Part shown: positions 1 to 10,889 of the stretch, one piece after another
Layout of the letters: every line of letters begins with the position of its first letter
Numbering within the stretch: position 1 is the first letter of the stretch
Assembly: GCA_965261545.1 (NCBI GenBank)
Contig: CBDHDF010000002.1
Location: 64,001 to 128,000, forward strand
From: Bdellovibrionales bacterium
GTDB taxonomy: Bacteria > Bdellovibrionota > Bdellovibrionia > Bdellovibrionales > UBA1609
Direction of reading: 5' to 3'
DNA: 64,000 nucleotides
Translations under genes and position numbers: made by a program
The notes under the pieces: generated by a model
Told to the model about the DNA's origin: nothing
The model's input: only the letters and a program-made list of their open reading frames with translations
Databases searched by the model: none

Positions 1-1158
1 CCTCTTGAGTTTATTGTGGCTCTTGTCTTGTCATTCCAGGGAGACTCTAAGACATATTCAATAGAGGGAATTAGGAGGTTTATGATAAGTCATTTAGGAT
101 TAAGAATTGAAAGACACAGCTTCTGGGAAAGACTCTCTAGAAAAAGATTAAAAGAGCTTCTGAGTAAACTGGTTGAAATGCTCATGATAAAGCTATCTCA
201 TGGAGCTTTTCATGGGAGCAAAGCCATATTATTACAACTGGGAGTCTCAGACGTTCTTCTTGTTGACTCAAGCACAATAAGCCTTTGGGATGGAGCATCT
301 GAGAATTTTCCAGGGACAAGAACAAACGCAGGAATTAAATGGCACGCTTGTTTCAGTTTATTCAGTGGTATAATGACTTGGTTCGAATTAACTCCGTCTT
401 CCACTAACGATAGGAAGTGCTTTCCTGATATAAAGGAACTCGTTGGAAAATTAGTCATCTTTGATTTGGGATATTGGGACTATGGCTTATTGTCATCTAT
501 TCATGAAGCTAAAGGATTTTTCTTGTCTAGAGTGAAGTCAAATGCCTCTATTCTTATTGATGCTGTTGTTGAAGGTTTGCCAGATTACTATGTTGGAAAA
601 GAGTTCTCTGATATTAAACTCAAGAAAAAAAACGATGTTGTTGAATTTATAGGCAGTGTCTTGTCCAATGGTAAATGGGTAAGTTTGAGAATTGTAGGCT
701 TCTGGAATTCCTCCGAAAAACGCTATCATTGGTATTGCACGAATTTAGATGTGGCAGCGGAGTCCATATATCCAATTTATCGTTTACGTTGGCAATGTGA
801 ACTTATTTTCAAATCTTGTAAGAATTCTTTGAATGCAAATCAGATCACCTCAAACGATCAAAATATCATAGAGAGTCTTCTTCTTGCTTCATTAGCGGCT
901 CACCTCACATCAAGTGTTGTTTTGAGGATAGGAAGAACTAAACTCAATAAGGAACAAAATGACTCCACATCGTTTCAAAGAGTTGCTAAGGTTACCGTCT
1001 TATTAGCCTCTGATTTTATCAAATATCTCCTAAGCTCATCTCAAAAGTATTTAAATATTTTGATAGAGAAGATCAAGATATTCTCCCATGAAATTTATGA
1101 CACAAACTACCGACGGCGAAAAACATCAATGAATATGGCTAAAAAGGTCTTGCTATGA
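1..1158 (+). CDS. IS4-family DDE transposase (5' end outside window)
   Basis: Frame is open from base 1. DDE motifs LVDSS, VIFDLGY and IS4 signature YRLRWQCELIFK. Element probably ends near 1287 (CTTAGCACCAATTA), boundary not proven. Confidence 0.85.
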   Translation, partial: PLEFIVALVLSFQGDSKTYSIEGIRRFMISHLGLRIERHSFWERLSRKRLKELLSKLVEMLMIKLSHGAFHGSKAILLQLGVSDVLLVDSSTISLWDGASENFPGTRTNAGIKWHACFSLFSGIMTWFELTPSSTNDRKCFPDIKELVGKLVIFDLGYWDYGLLSSIHEAKGFFLSRVKSNASILIDAVVEGLPDYYVGKEFSDIKLKKKNDVVEFIGSVLSNGKWVSLRIVGFWNSSEKRYHWYCTNLDVAAESIYPIYRLRWQCELIFKSCKNSLNANQITSNDQNIIESLLLASLAAHLTSSVVLRIGRTKLNKEQNDSTSFQRVAKVTVLLASDFIKYLLSSSQKYLNILIEKIKIFSHEIYDTNYRRRKTSMNMAKKVLL

Positions 1159-1531
1159 AAGAATAAAAAACCACGAACACCTATGAGGAGGTGTTAAAAA
1201 ATAAATTGAACAATTCTAAGTTTTAAGTCGAAGATAAAAGATTTGAACTGTCCAATTTATTTTTTAACAAGCCCTTAGCACCAATTAAAGGGACCATTCG
1301 TAAAAATATTTAAAAAAACTGTCAAAAATCCTAAAGTTTTTCCCAGACGTTCCGATAGTTATTGTAAAGGGAGTAAACAAATGGTATATTTCATTATGGC
1401 CGTGAGGATTATTTGCTGAACGATCAAAGACTATTACCCCCCCTCCATTTGTTGATAATAACTCTAAGTTATATCTCAAAAATAACTATATACCGTGAAA
1501 AACCAGGGAAGATTTTATTATAAAAAAACTT

Positions 1532-3697
1532 ATGTCATATTCTTTGAGTTATCTAGATTGGAATAATAAAATTGCAGATCATTTTTTCAATATGGAAAAT
1601 TATGGAAAGCGTATTTGGTTTTCTGTTGAAAAAGAGCTAATTATAGAGAAAATTGCTCAACCTAATGGGACATGTTTTGATAGTTTTATAGAATCCCTTA
1701 ACAAAGGACCTGACTGGATTAACCGTCCTCGTCAGGGAATATGCACAAAAGCCTATCATGCTTTTGAAGGATGGAGAGACCAACAACAATTGGTTTACCC
1801 TCCTTATATTGCTTATCTCGCTCTTTTTATCATTGCGGGTAATGAAGAGGACTTTTCAGAAAACAGCTATTATAAAAGGCTTAGAGAATTGCTGAATGAA
1901 CAGACAAATGGTAATCAAAATTATCCCTCATTCAATAAAATGTATGAGTTATGGGATGATCTTGAAAAATGGTCTTTACAGGATAAAAAAGGTGAGTGGG
2001 GGGAATTTTATACGGATATCTGTGGCAGTCACTTCCATGTTGGTATTATCTATTATCAAGTTGTTTTTACGAAAAGGGATGAAAAAAATTTACTCCAAAT
2101 ATTTTCAAAAAAAGGATGGGATAGTGATTCCGATCCAACGGATTTAGAAATTATTAATACCCTTAAAAACTATCACGCACTTCTGGAAAAAAAAACCCAA
2201 AGACGAATCAACAATAATAATTCTGATTATATTTCAATATTGTGCCAAAGAGTCAGGGAAAAATTGAAATTTTATGAATATGAAGACAGCTTTGATAACA
2301 ACCTGAAACAAGAGGAAAGCACAAAATATGGAACCATTATCCTATGTCTTGAAGTGGATAAAACGGCAGGTACAGCAAAACCTTTTTTTAGATTGAAAAG
2401 CAAAGGCAAAGAAGGTCTTTCTGAAGAGGAATTCCTGTTAAAAAGTGAAAAATCCGAAAACAGGCAACATGAATATCGGGTTAAACCTTTCAGGTCCACT
2501 ATAAGTGGAAAAATTGAGAATATGAACATTGAATGGAAAAAAGATTTCTCTCTAACGAGTCTGAACCAGGAGGAATTGGAGCCTGATAAAGTGGAAAAAT
2601 GGATATTCCACTACGAAGGGGAAAAATACAAATTATTCATACCAGGAGATGAGGAGTTTGGAGTTCGTGGTTCTATTTCCATTCCTGGAAAAAGAGTTGA
2701 TACCAACAGGCCCTTTTATATGGCTGCTCACAAAGATCTGAAAGATAAAATACAAAAATGGGGAGATAAAAGCTGTGAAGTTTTCAAAAGACTGTCCATA
2801 AATGACCTTCCTGAAGGCTGGTTTCTGTTTGAAGTCAGTGGTGTAAAAGACTGTACGTCTATTAAAACAGATATACCGGCCCTGTCCACAGATGAAAAAC
2901 CAAGGATTAAACTTGAGGGAGGAATTCGCCTTTCAAGAAGAAACCATTTTTTTTATTTTTCTCCTCCAAAAATTTCCATTGTTGGAGAGAGTCAAAGTTT
3001 TTCAGAAATGACCTGTTTAGTAAAAAACGGGAGTTGTACAGAAGGAAACCAAACAAAGTTTCCATTGATTCCATTAAAAAATAAAAACAATCTGTTTTCT
3101 CTTCCTGAAAATATTCCCGTTGAAAAACAAATGACAATAAATATCCCTGGTATGGATAACAATAGAGGAGTCTCTTCTAAATTTACCTGCTGTGAAAATC
3201 AGTTACAAACTTTTGACTGCTATATACAAAAACCTGTGAACTCTTTTGGAATTTTTAAAAGTAAAGATCAAGAGACTTTAACAGATTCAGAAAACAGGAC
3301 AGACTCAATCATGGAAGCCTCTCTCCAAGGGACTTTTGGAGTAGATCTGATAAAAATCATTTATCCAAAACTCCCTGATTTTTCAGTAAAATCGGGAGAA
3401 AATGCTTACCTTTTGGGAGACATTCCAGGCCAGATTCTTTCCTGGCCTGATGAACCCCTTCCCGAATGGACTCCCTTGTGGGGGGTTCAGTTCAAAAACA
3501 GAAAAAAGGGGAATGTCTCCCTTTTGGCCTGTGGAGATATAAATTCATTAGAGATTAGCCAACCACCTTATTATTCTAAGGAAAAAAAGAAGCTGTGGAA
3601 AAACATTGTATGGTATAAAAGAAAACAACTGACCTGCAATAGAACGTCAGCACAAAAATGGAAAAAATTCACTCAGAAAGCAAAGGAGAGTGCGTGA
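1532..3697 (+). CDS. 721-aa defence-associated protein, probable Druantia accessory subunit (DruF-like)
   Basis: First gene of an overlapping three-gene operon ending in a giant DUF1998 helicase. N-terminal WNNKIADHFF...PPYIAYLALF...YYKRLRELL resembles Druantia accessory proteins as I recall them; not searched. Confidence 0.5.
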   Translation: MSYSLSYLDWNNKIADHFFNMENYGKRIWFSVEKELIIEKIAQPNGTCFDSFIESLNKGPDWINRPRQGICTKAYHAFEGWRDQQQLVYPPYIAYLALFIIAGNEEDFSENSYYKRLRELLNEQTNGNQNYPSFNKMYELWDDLEKWSLQDKKGEWGEFYTDICGSHFHVGIIYYQVVFTKRDEKNLLQIFSKKGWDSDSDPTDLEIINTLKNYHALLEKKTQRRINNNNSDYISILCQRVREKLKFYEYEDSFDNNLKQEESTKYGTIILCLEVDKTAGTAKPFFRLKSKGKEGLSEEEFLLKSEKSENRQHEYRVKPFRSTISGKIENMNIEWKKDFSLTSLNQEELEPDKVEKWIFHYEGEKYKLFIPGDEEFGVRGSISIPGKRVDTNRPFYMAAHKDLKDKIQKWGDKSCEVFKRLSINDLPEGWFLFEVSGVKDCTSIKTDIPALSTDEKPRIKLEGGIRLSRRNHFFYFSPPKISIVGESQSFSEMTCLVKNGSCTEGNQTKFPLIPLKNKNNLFSLPENIPVEKQMTINIPGMDNNRGVSSKFTCCENQLQTFDCYIQKPVNSFGIFKSKDQETLTDSENRTDSIMEASLQGTFGVDLIKIIYPKLPDFSVKSGENAYLLGDIPGQILSWPDEPLPEWTPLWGVQFKNRKKGNVSLLACGDINSLEISQPPYYSKEKKKLWKNIVWYKRKQLTCNRTSAQKWKKFTQKAKESA

Positions 3698-4764
3698 TAA
3701 ATCAGCCCGGAGATAATTTGCTTTATTTATTATCTGAAAAGGGAACTATGACATGGTCTCAGTGTCATAAATACATGGATGATCTATGGCAAAACAGGGA
3801 ACAAAATAAGGCTAAAGATGATTTTCATTGGGGAAAAGAACAAAAAAACGACTGGTATTCCATGATAAGAAAACTGAGTTCTCTTGGTTACCTGGATATT
3901 GGAGAATACGAGAAGAAAACAATAGTTCAGGTGGCACCACCCATGTTGGTGGCTCTTCCATTTATAAAGCCCTCTTTTTTTCTCACAGGAGCCCGTTCCC
4001 CCCAATTGCTCAGAGAGATTGATGAAATTTGCGACTATCATCCTGAAATAGAATTAGAAAAAAGACACATTGACGATGATTTTCCTGAAAGCTGGGTGAT
4101 AAAAACCTGTAACATGGAAGAAATGGAAAAGAAATTTCAAAATCTAATCCAGGACAAAAAGTTAGGAATACAAAAACAGCCCGTTTCTTGGCAGATCATA
4201 GAGTTTTCGGCAAATATTGAAGAATACAAAAAATCTCTGCAAGGTCATTGGTTTAGTGCAGATCCATCCGATATGAGGGAAGTTTTTAATGTCAACTGTC
4301 TTTATTTTACCAAAGTGAATTCAGATTCGTCTGAGATTACAGATAGGAATCAGAAGTTTTTAATCAAACTAACCCATTATTACGAAAAATACTATTTGTA
4401 CTCTCTGAAAAAGAACGAAAAAGTAAATGTTCATCTGGATTGGGGAAGATTTTTAATGGTTCAAAAATCAAAAATCCCTGTTGTAAGATTCACTAAAGAC
4501 ATGGAGTTAAAATCCTCTTTGCGTCTGCCCCCTCTTCTCGAAAGGGGACTAGCCCTACTCTCGGGAATTCCTGTTAATGAAATTCCAGTCAACAAAATGA
4601 CCTTGGGAGGTTCTCAAAGCTCTCATAATGGCTCTTATAATAACAAATCAACCAACACCACAGGTTCTGGAAGGCACAAGGAATTTGTGTTTAAAAAGGT
4701 ACCTTGGGATGTTGCCAAACAAGTCTCCAATAAGTTGGGACAACAACTCCAAAAGGTGGCTTGA
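3694..4764 (+). CDS. Probable Druantia accessory subunit (DruG-like)
   Basis: GTG at 3694 overlaps the upstream TGA and has an AAGGAG RBS; its stop overlaps the helicase start. Assigned by gene context. Confidence 0.45.
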   Translation: MINQPGDNLLYLLSEKGTMTWSQCHKYMDDLWQNREQNKAKDDFHWGKEQKNDWYSMIRKLSSLGYLDIGEYEKKTIVQVAPPMLVALPFIKPSFFLTGARSPQLLREIDEICDYHPEIELEKRHIDDDFPESWVIKTCNMEEMEKKFQNLIQDKKLGIQKQPVSWQIIEFSANIEEYKKSLQGHWFSADPSDMREVFNVNCLYFTKVNSDSSEITDRNQKFLIKLTHYYEKYYLYSLKKNEKVNVHLDWGRFLMVQKSKIPVVRFTKDMELKSSLRLPPLLERGLALLSGIPVNEIPVNKMTLGGSQSSHNGSYNNKSTNTTGSGRHKEFVFKKVPWDVAKQVSNKLGQQLQKVA

Positions 4765-7700
4765 AAATGCGTGACCCCATAGGAACTTTTGAAGAAATAA
4801 AAAAAGGTTTTGAACTTTATGTGAAGACTCGATTTGCCACACAGTTTCCTTCAATAGAAAGAAAAAGAGAAGAAATTTTCAAAAAAGAAGGAGTCTTTTA
4901 CCGAGAACCTTGGGTAGAGGTAATCGAAAAATACAAAAGCTCGGAAAAAAAGATCTCTGATTTAAATGAAAATGATTTAAAAGGTCTTTCCAAGATTCAA
5001 ATTAAAGATTTTCAAGATTTTGTTCAGGCCGGTCTTATGGGTGATTTCCCCCTCTATCAACACCAGCATAAAATGCTTACAAAAAGTCTTGAAGGAACAA
5101 ATACGGTCATTACTTCGGGAACGGGTTCGGGGAAAACAGAAGCCTTTTTACTTCCCCTCTTTGCCTCCCTGATAAAGGAATCTTCACAGTGGGAGAAACC
5201 GGGTAGTCTCCCGGATCACCTCAATAACTGGTGGAAAGATGAGGATTGGAAGAATTCCCATAAAAAAGAGAACAATAATGGTTTGAAAACTTCTTATCGT
5301 GTACCCCAAAGAAAACATGAAAAACGCCCTTGTGCTGTCAGAGCTTTGATTCTCTACCCAATGAACGCTCTGGTAGAGGATCAATTATCTCGCCTTAGAA
5401 AGGGACTGGCATCTAAAAAAGCTGAAAAATGGTTTTCTGAAAACCGCCATTCCAACCGCTTTTATTTTGGCCGTTATACAGGGATGACCCCTGTTCCTGG
5501 CTCTGAAAACAAAATAAGAAGTGTCGATAAAAACAAATTGGAAGATCTTTCCAAAAAACTACAAGACACGGACTCACTTCAAGAAAAAATACGACAACAC
5601 AAGAAAGGAGAGGACTCACAATATTTTTTCCCCACTATTGACAGGGCGGAAATGAGAAGTCGTTGGGATATGCAGGATGATCCACCTGATATTCTTATTA
5701 CAAATTACAGTATGCTCAGTATTATGATGATGAGAGAAATTGACAACCCCATTTTAGAAAAAACCAAGAAATGGCTTTCACAAAACAAGGATCATATCTT
5801 TCATCTGGTTGTGGATGAACTACATTTATACAGAGGAACCTCCGGGGCTGAAGTGGCCTACCTCATAAGACTTCTTCTTTACAGGTTGGGATTATCCCCT
5901 GACAGTTCACAGCTAAGAATCATGGCGTCCAGTGCCTCTTTGAATCCAGAGAAAGAGGAAAGTTTAAATTTTCTAAAGGATTTTTTTGGAGTCAAGTGGA
6001 GTTCCGATCAAATCATCCAAGGGGATTTTGAAAGGGAGGATAGGAATGTTGTTACTCTTCAGAAGGTAGATAAAACAGAAAATCGTTTAAATCCTCTGTA
6101 TGTGCAAAATAGGGATACCTCTCACCTTGGTTCTGTTTTTCTGGAGGAATTTAAAAGCTATCTCGAAACAACACAGAAACCCCTTGAAAACTCGAATATT
6201 TTGGATATCAATGATTCCAGCGAGATGGAGAATCAATCAGACAATGATTTTATCAATCGTCTTTTGAAAAAAACAGAAATAGAAAACAAAGAAAAACTTT
6301 TTTCTCACATTGAATCCCATATTTTAAAAGCATACGAACACAACCAGTCAGAGAACAAACGAAACGCTCTTCCTCTGTCCGAACTTTCAGATAAGATTTT
6401 TAATGAAAATAATAACATAAATCCTTCGTCAGGTGAGAGAAAGGAGAAGAGCCGTGCAACGACTGCTTTAAGGGGTTTGTTTTGTTTTTTGCACAAGCAT
6501 CGCAAAGAATTTAAAGGCTTGCCATCCTTTCGTTTTCATTTGTTTTTCCGCAATATTGATGGTCTTTGGGCCTGTGCTGATCCTAAATGTTCCAATCATC
6601 AATTCAAACAACAGGATAAAATTAAATTTTCTAACAATGACAAAAAGGGAGATTCCAAAAGAAATCAAAGAAACGATCCCACAGGCCAATTATTCATGTG
6701 TGACCCTCCCTTAACCTGCGACAAACAACACCGAGTCTTTGAAAATCTTTACTGTGAGCAATGCGGGACGCTTTTTTTTGGAGGAATTCGTTGGGAAAAA
6801 GATCCAGGAGAACCTGAACTTTTACAGGTTTCGGACAACATTGAAAAAATACCTGATGAACACATCACCCCTTTTATTGAAAAAAGAAGTTATAAAGAAT
6901 ACGCCTTGTTTTGGCCCTTTGATGAAATCAATAGTGAAGTAAAAAAAGATTGGACCCAACCCCTGATTGGAGAGATAAATATCAATTCAGGTACAAAAGA
7001 CAAATCTAAAAACAAGTCAAAAGCCTCTTGGAAAAAAGCCACTCTAAACAAAAAAACAGGAAAAATAAGACTTGAATGGGAAGATGAAAATAACAGTGTA
7101 AAGGGTTATTTGTTTTCAATATCAAAAGACCAAAAACAGTCAATGGCCCTTGCCTCCATCTGTCCTTCCTGTGCCGAAGATTACAAACAAAAAAAAATGA
7201 AAAGCCCTATCAGGGGATTTAGAACGGGGTTTTCAAAAATCATACAGATTCTTTCAAAGGAGTTGTTTTATCATCTGGATAAAAAAAAACTTATTGTTTT
7301 CTCCGACAGCAGGGAGGAGGCCGCAAGAATAGCCAACGGGGTGGAAAGAAGCCACTACCAGGATTTAATCAGGGAAATTATCCATAATGAATTACAACTT
7401 ACGGTTCGTGGACTTCCCGCTATTTTATTAGATATAGATAATCATGGGGCTCTTAAAAGTAACGAGGCCAAAAAATATGAAGATAAACATCCGGGAAGTT
7501 TTAAAAGATTGAAAGATAAAAGAAAAACTATTGATAGTCTTAAGAAAATCGAGGATCCATCGGAAGAATTGAAAGAAAAAAAAGAAATATATGACAAATA
7601 TTTGAAGGATATTAAAAGAATGGAGCAAACAGATATTGTTCCCCTCCGGATATTATTTGAGGATGATACGGATGAATCTTTAATTCTCAGGTTGAAAAAT

Positions 7701-9981
7701 ATGGGAGTCAACCCTGCCGGAAACTCCAAAGACAGAATCTGGGATAATGAAGACAGTGAAGGGAAATCATGGACTGATTTGTTTGATTTTTCCTCAAAAG
7801 AAGAAATATGGAAGGAAAGAAAAAATACCACCACCACCCTCGACGAGAAAAAAGGGGCTTTTAGAAGAAAAATCAAGGAAAAAGTATTTCATCTTCTGTT
7901 TCAAAGGCTTTATTTCAGTTTTGAATCCTCCGGTCTGGGTTTTGTCTGTGTCAATCTGGACGATCAAAGAATAGAAAGAGAGATAAAATCTATTAATCTC
8001 ATTCAGACTTCAGGGATGAAAACTGACGGAGATTCAGACACATCGTCAGTTTCTGAAACCTCCTCCTCGGTACATATCATCAAGGAGATTTGTAATGGTT
8101 TTATAAGAATTCTTGGAGACACCTGGCGACGTGAAACTGAGAAAAAAGAAGAGGCAGGATCCATAGATCAAATAAAATCTAAAAAAGCAAGAACATATAT
8201 CGAAAAATGTGCTGAAATTCACAGTCTTGATAAAGGAAAACTGAAACAATTGATTTTCAAATTAGTCACAAATGAAGAATTTGGAGGGCACAGAAAAGCC
8301 ATTCTTGAATCCAAAAATCTTTTTGTCAAATTATCGAAATCAAAAGATCTTTTTTGGGAATGCTACAACTGCTCAAGGCCCCATCTGCACAAAAACGGAC
8401 GAGTGTGTAGCTATTGCTTTTCTGAATTACCCGATGAAACTTCAAAAAAATGTCGAGATTTGTGGAATAACAATTACTACTCCCAACTCTCCGATAGAGA
8501 AAGAGAACCTTTCCGTCTTCACTGTGAAGAATTATCAGCCCAAAGTGATGATCCTGCTGAAAGACAGAGACATTTCCGCAGTTTGGTCATTGGTAAAAAA
8601 ATTGGAATAGTGGAAGAAATTGATATCCTCAGTGTGACAACGACAATGGAAGTGGGGGTGGATATTGGTTCCCTGGAATCGGTGTTCCTGGCCAATATGC
8701 CACCTCAGAGATTCAACTACCAACAGAGAGTGGGACGGGCCGGAAGAGGGAAAGATGAAGTCTTTTCTCTGGCTATGACTTTATGCAGAGGGAACAGTTT
8801 TGATAATTTTTACTTCGAATCTCCCGATAAAATGCTCAATGAAGCCCCGCCTGTTCCTTTCTTGTCCATTGACCGAAAAAAGATTGCAGAACGTCTTGTC
8901 ATAAAAGAGTTGTTGAGAAGGGTTTTTAGAGAATCCAAAAAAAAATCAGGTCATACGGATACTCATGGTGAATTCGGAATTGTGGAAGATTGGGAAAAAA
9001 ATAAAGAAAAAATAAAAAATGAACTGAACGATTTTAATAAAGAAAAACTGAGTGAGATTATCAGACAGATAACATTTGGTGTTGACGGGATGGATCACAA
9101 TAAAATCAAGGAGTTCATTCAAAAAGAACTTTTTAAAAAAATCGTTCATGCCACCGAAGACCAGGCGAAAAACACAGGACTGGCTGAAGCCTTGGCTGAA
9201 AAAAATCTTTTACCCATGTTTGGAATGCCCTCCCGTGTTCGCTATCTTTATCACGGGAAAAAAGGAATTGAGTATAAAAGCATTGATAGGGATTTGGATT
9301 TAGCCATTACTGAATTCGCACCTGGAGCCCAAAAAACAAAAGATAAGAGGATCCACACGGCCATAGGATTCACCTCCCCTTTGTATTCCAAGGGTGGTGA
9401 AACTAAAACGGAATATCCCATTCAGGAAAGGAAATGGCTGTTTCGATGTGAAAAATGCCAGTTCACTCAACCACATGATAAAGAACCTTCTTCAAAATGT
9501 CCCAAGTGTCCAAGTGATAATAATCAAAATTCTTTTGAATATATCATTCCCAAAGCTTTCAGAACCGATTTTTCATGGGGAAAAGATGCCGATGAAGTGG
9601 ATCAACCTCCCTTTTACGGATCAGGGAGCTTTATTGAAGCTGAGTTTGATCACCAAGAACAGGAAAATTATCAATATGTTAGGCGCCAATTAAAATTGGC
9701 CATTTTTAGAAGCCGTCGCCAATGAAAAACGGCCAGTTGATGATGTACTGATTTAGTTATTCTTCGTTCAGAGTTTAGTCAAGTGTCTTTATTTTGCTCA
9801 TCATTTAACTCGGACTATGCCACAAGATTCTGAGGAATGATTTTCTGCCCACCACTTTTGGCATGACCCCAAATGCATCCTTCAGCCCTATGGCAGAGGT
9901 AAATGGAGTATTTTTCAGGATTCCTTGGCGCAGCTAATGTCTAAAGCTCCGCGAGAGTGACGAGCAAATAGTACGGTAAAA

Positions 9982-10079
9982 GCCAGTTATCCATAAATTT
10001 ATCCATGGCGACACTGCGGCTGTGACCCCGATGTCTAGCAACGCAGTGCTGCTGTGGATAAATTTTGTGGATAACTGGC
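9982..10079 (+). other. Conserved long hairpin containing DnaA-box sequences, 3' of istB
   Basis: GCCAGTTATCCATAAATTTATCCATGG...CTGTGGATAAATTTTGTGGATAACTGGC; homologs at 32982-33079 and 37373-37470. Confidence 0.85.
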
Positions 10080-10106
10080 GAGTTCCTTCCCCAAAAGTGG
10101 GGATCT

Positions 10107-10889
10107 CTAATGAACTTCTTTGGTTGAACTTTCCTCTTTGCTCTGTTTAGACTTGGCTTTTGCCGATTCGGTTCTCCAACTTTCTTTTCCTTCAATGTTG
10201 AGGGTTTCACAGTTGTGAATGATTCGATCAACAGCAGCAGCGGTGGTAATAGGGTTAAGAAACACCTTATCCCATTCAGAGTATGTTAAGTTTGTAGTGA
10301 TCATGAGACTTTTCCTTTCATATCGCTGAGATATGAATTGAAAGAAAAGATCTGCCCCCTCTGTGCAGGAAGCTGTATAGCCAAGTTCATCACAAGCAAT
10401 AAGATCAAAACGGTCTAATTTCTTAAAAAGAGCATTCAATGAGAGTTCTTTCTTGCTTTCACGCATTGTTTCAATAAGTTCATGAGTGGTGACCCATAAA
10501 CATCGATAGCCTTGTTCACAGAGTGAACGAACTAGGGACATGGCCAAATGACTTTTCCCCATTCCAAAGCTTCCGTAAAACACAACATTACAGGCTTTTC
10601 TGACCCACTCTCCCTCTGCCATCCAATTAATTTGCTGAGCTGTCACTCCCGTTCTTTTCTGGAAGTTATAAGTTTGGAGTGATTTAAGTTGAGGAAGCTT
10701 GGCCCCCTTAAGCAATCTTTTCACTCTCTGGGAATGCTTGTCAGCAAGCTCATTTTGAACGAGTATACCTAAATACTGTTCATACGTCTTTTTTGTTTTT
10801 TCGGCAACTCTAGCCGTTGCAACATATTCATCCGCCATCGCTGGAAGTCGGAGTTTTTTAAGAGAACCTATAAGTTCTTCGTGATTCAT
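10107..10889 (-). CDS. istB: IS21 helper AAA+ ATPase
   Basis: Walker A GSFGMGKS, Walker B IACDELGY, ITTNL and AAVDRIIH. Confidence 0.95.
   Translation of the reverse strand: MNHEELIGSLKKLRLPAMADEYVATARVAEKTKKTYEQYLGILVQNELADKHSQRVKRLLKGAKLPQLKSLQTYNFQKRTGVTAQQINWMAEGEWVRKACNVVFYGSFGMGKSHLAMSLVRSLCEQGYRCLWVTTHELIETMRESKKELSLNALFKKLDRFDLIACDELGYTASCTEGADLFFQFISQRYERKSLMITTNLTYSEWDKVFLNPITTAAAVDRIIHNCETLNIEGKESWRTESAKAKSKQSKEESSTKEVH

Noticed and set aside
9982..10079. DnaA boxes as a chromosomal or plasmid origin
   Set aside because: They travel inside IS21 copies, with no dnaA/rep gene or unwinding element nearby; kept only as an IS-linked finding.
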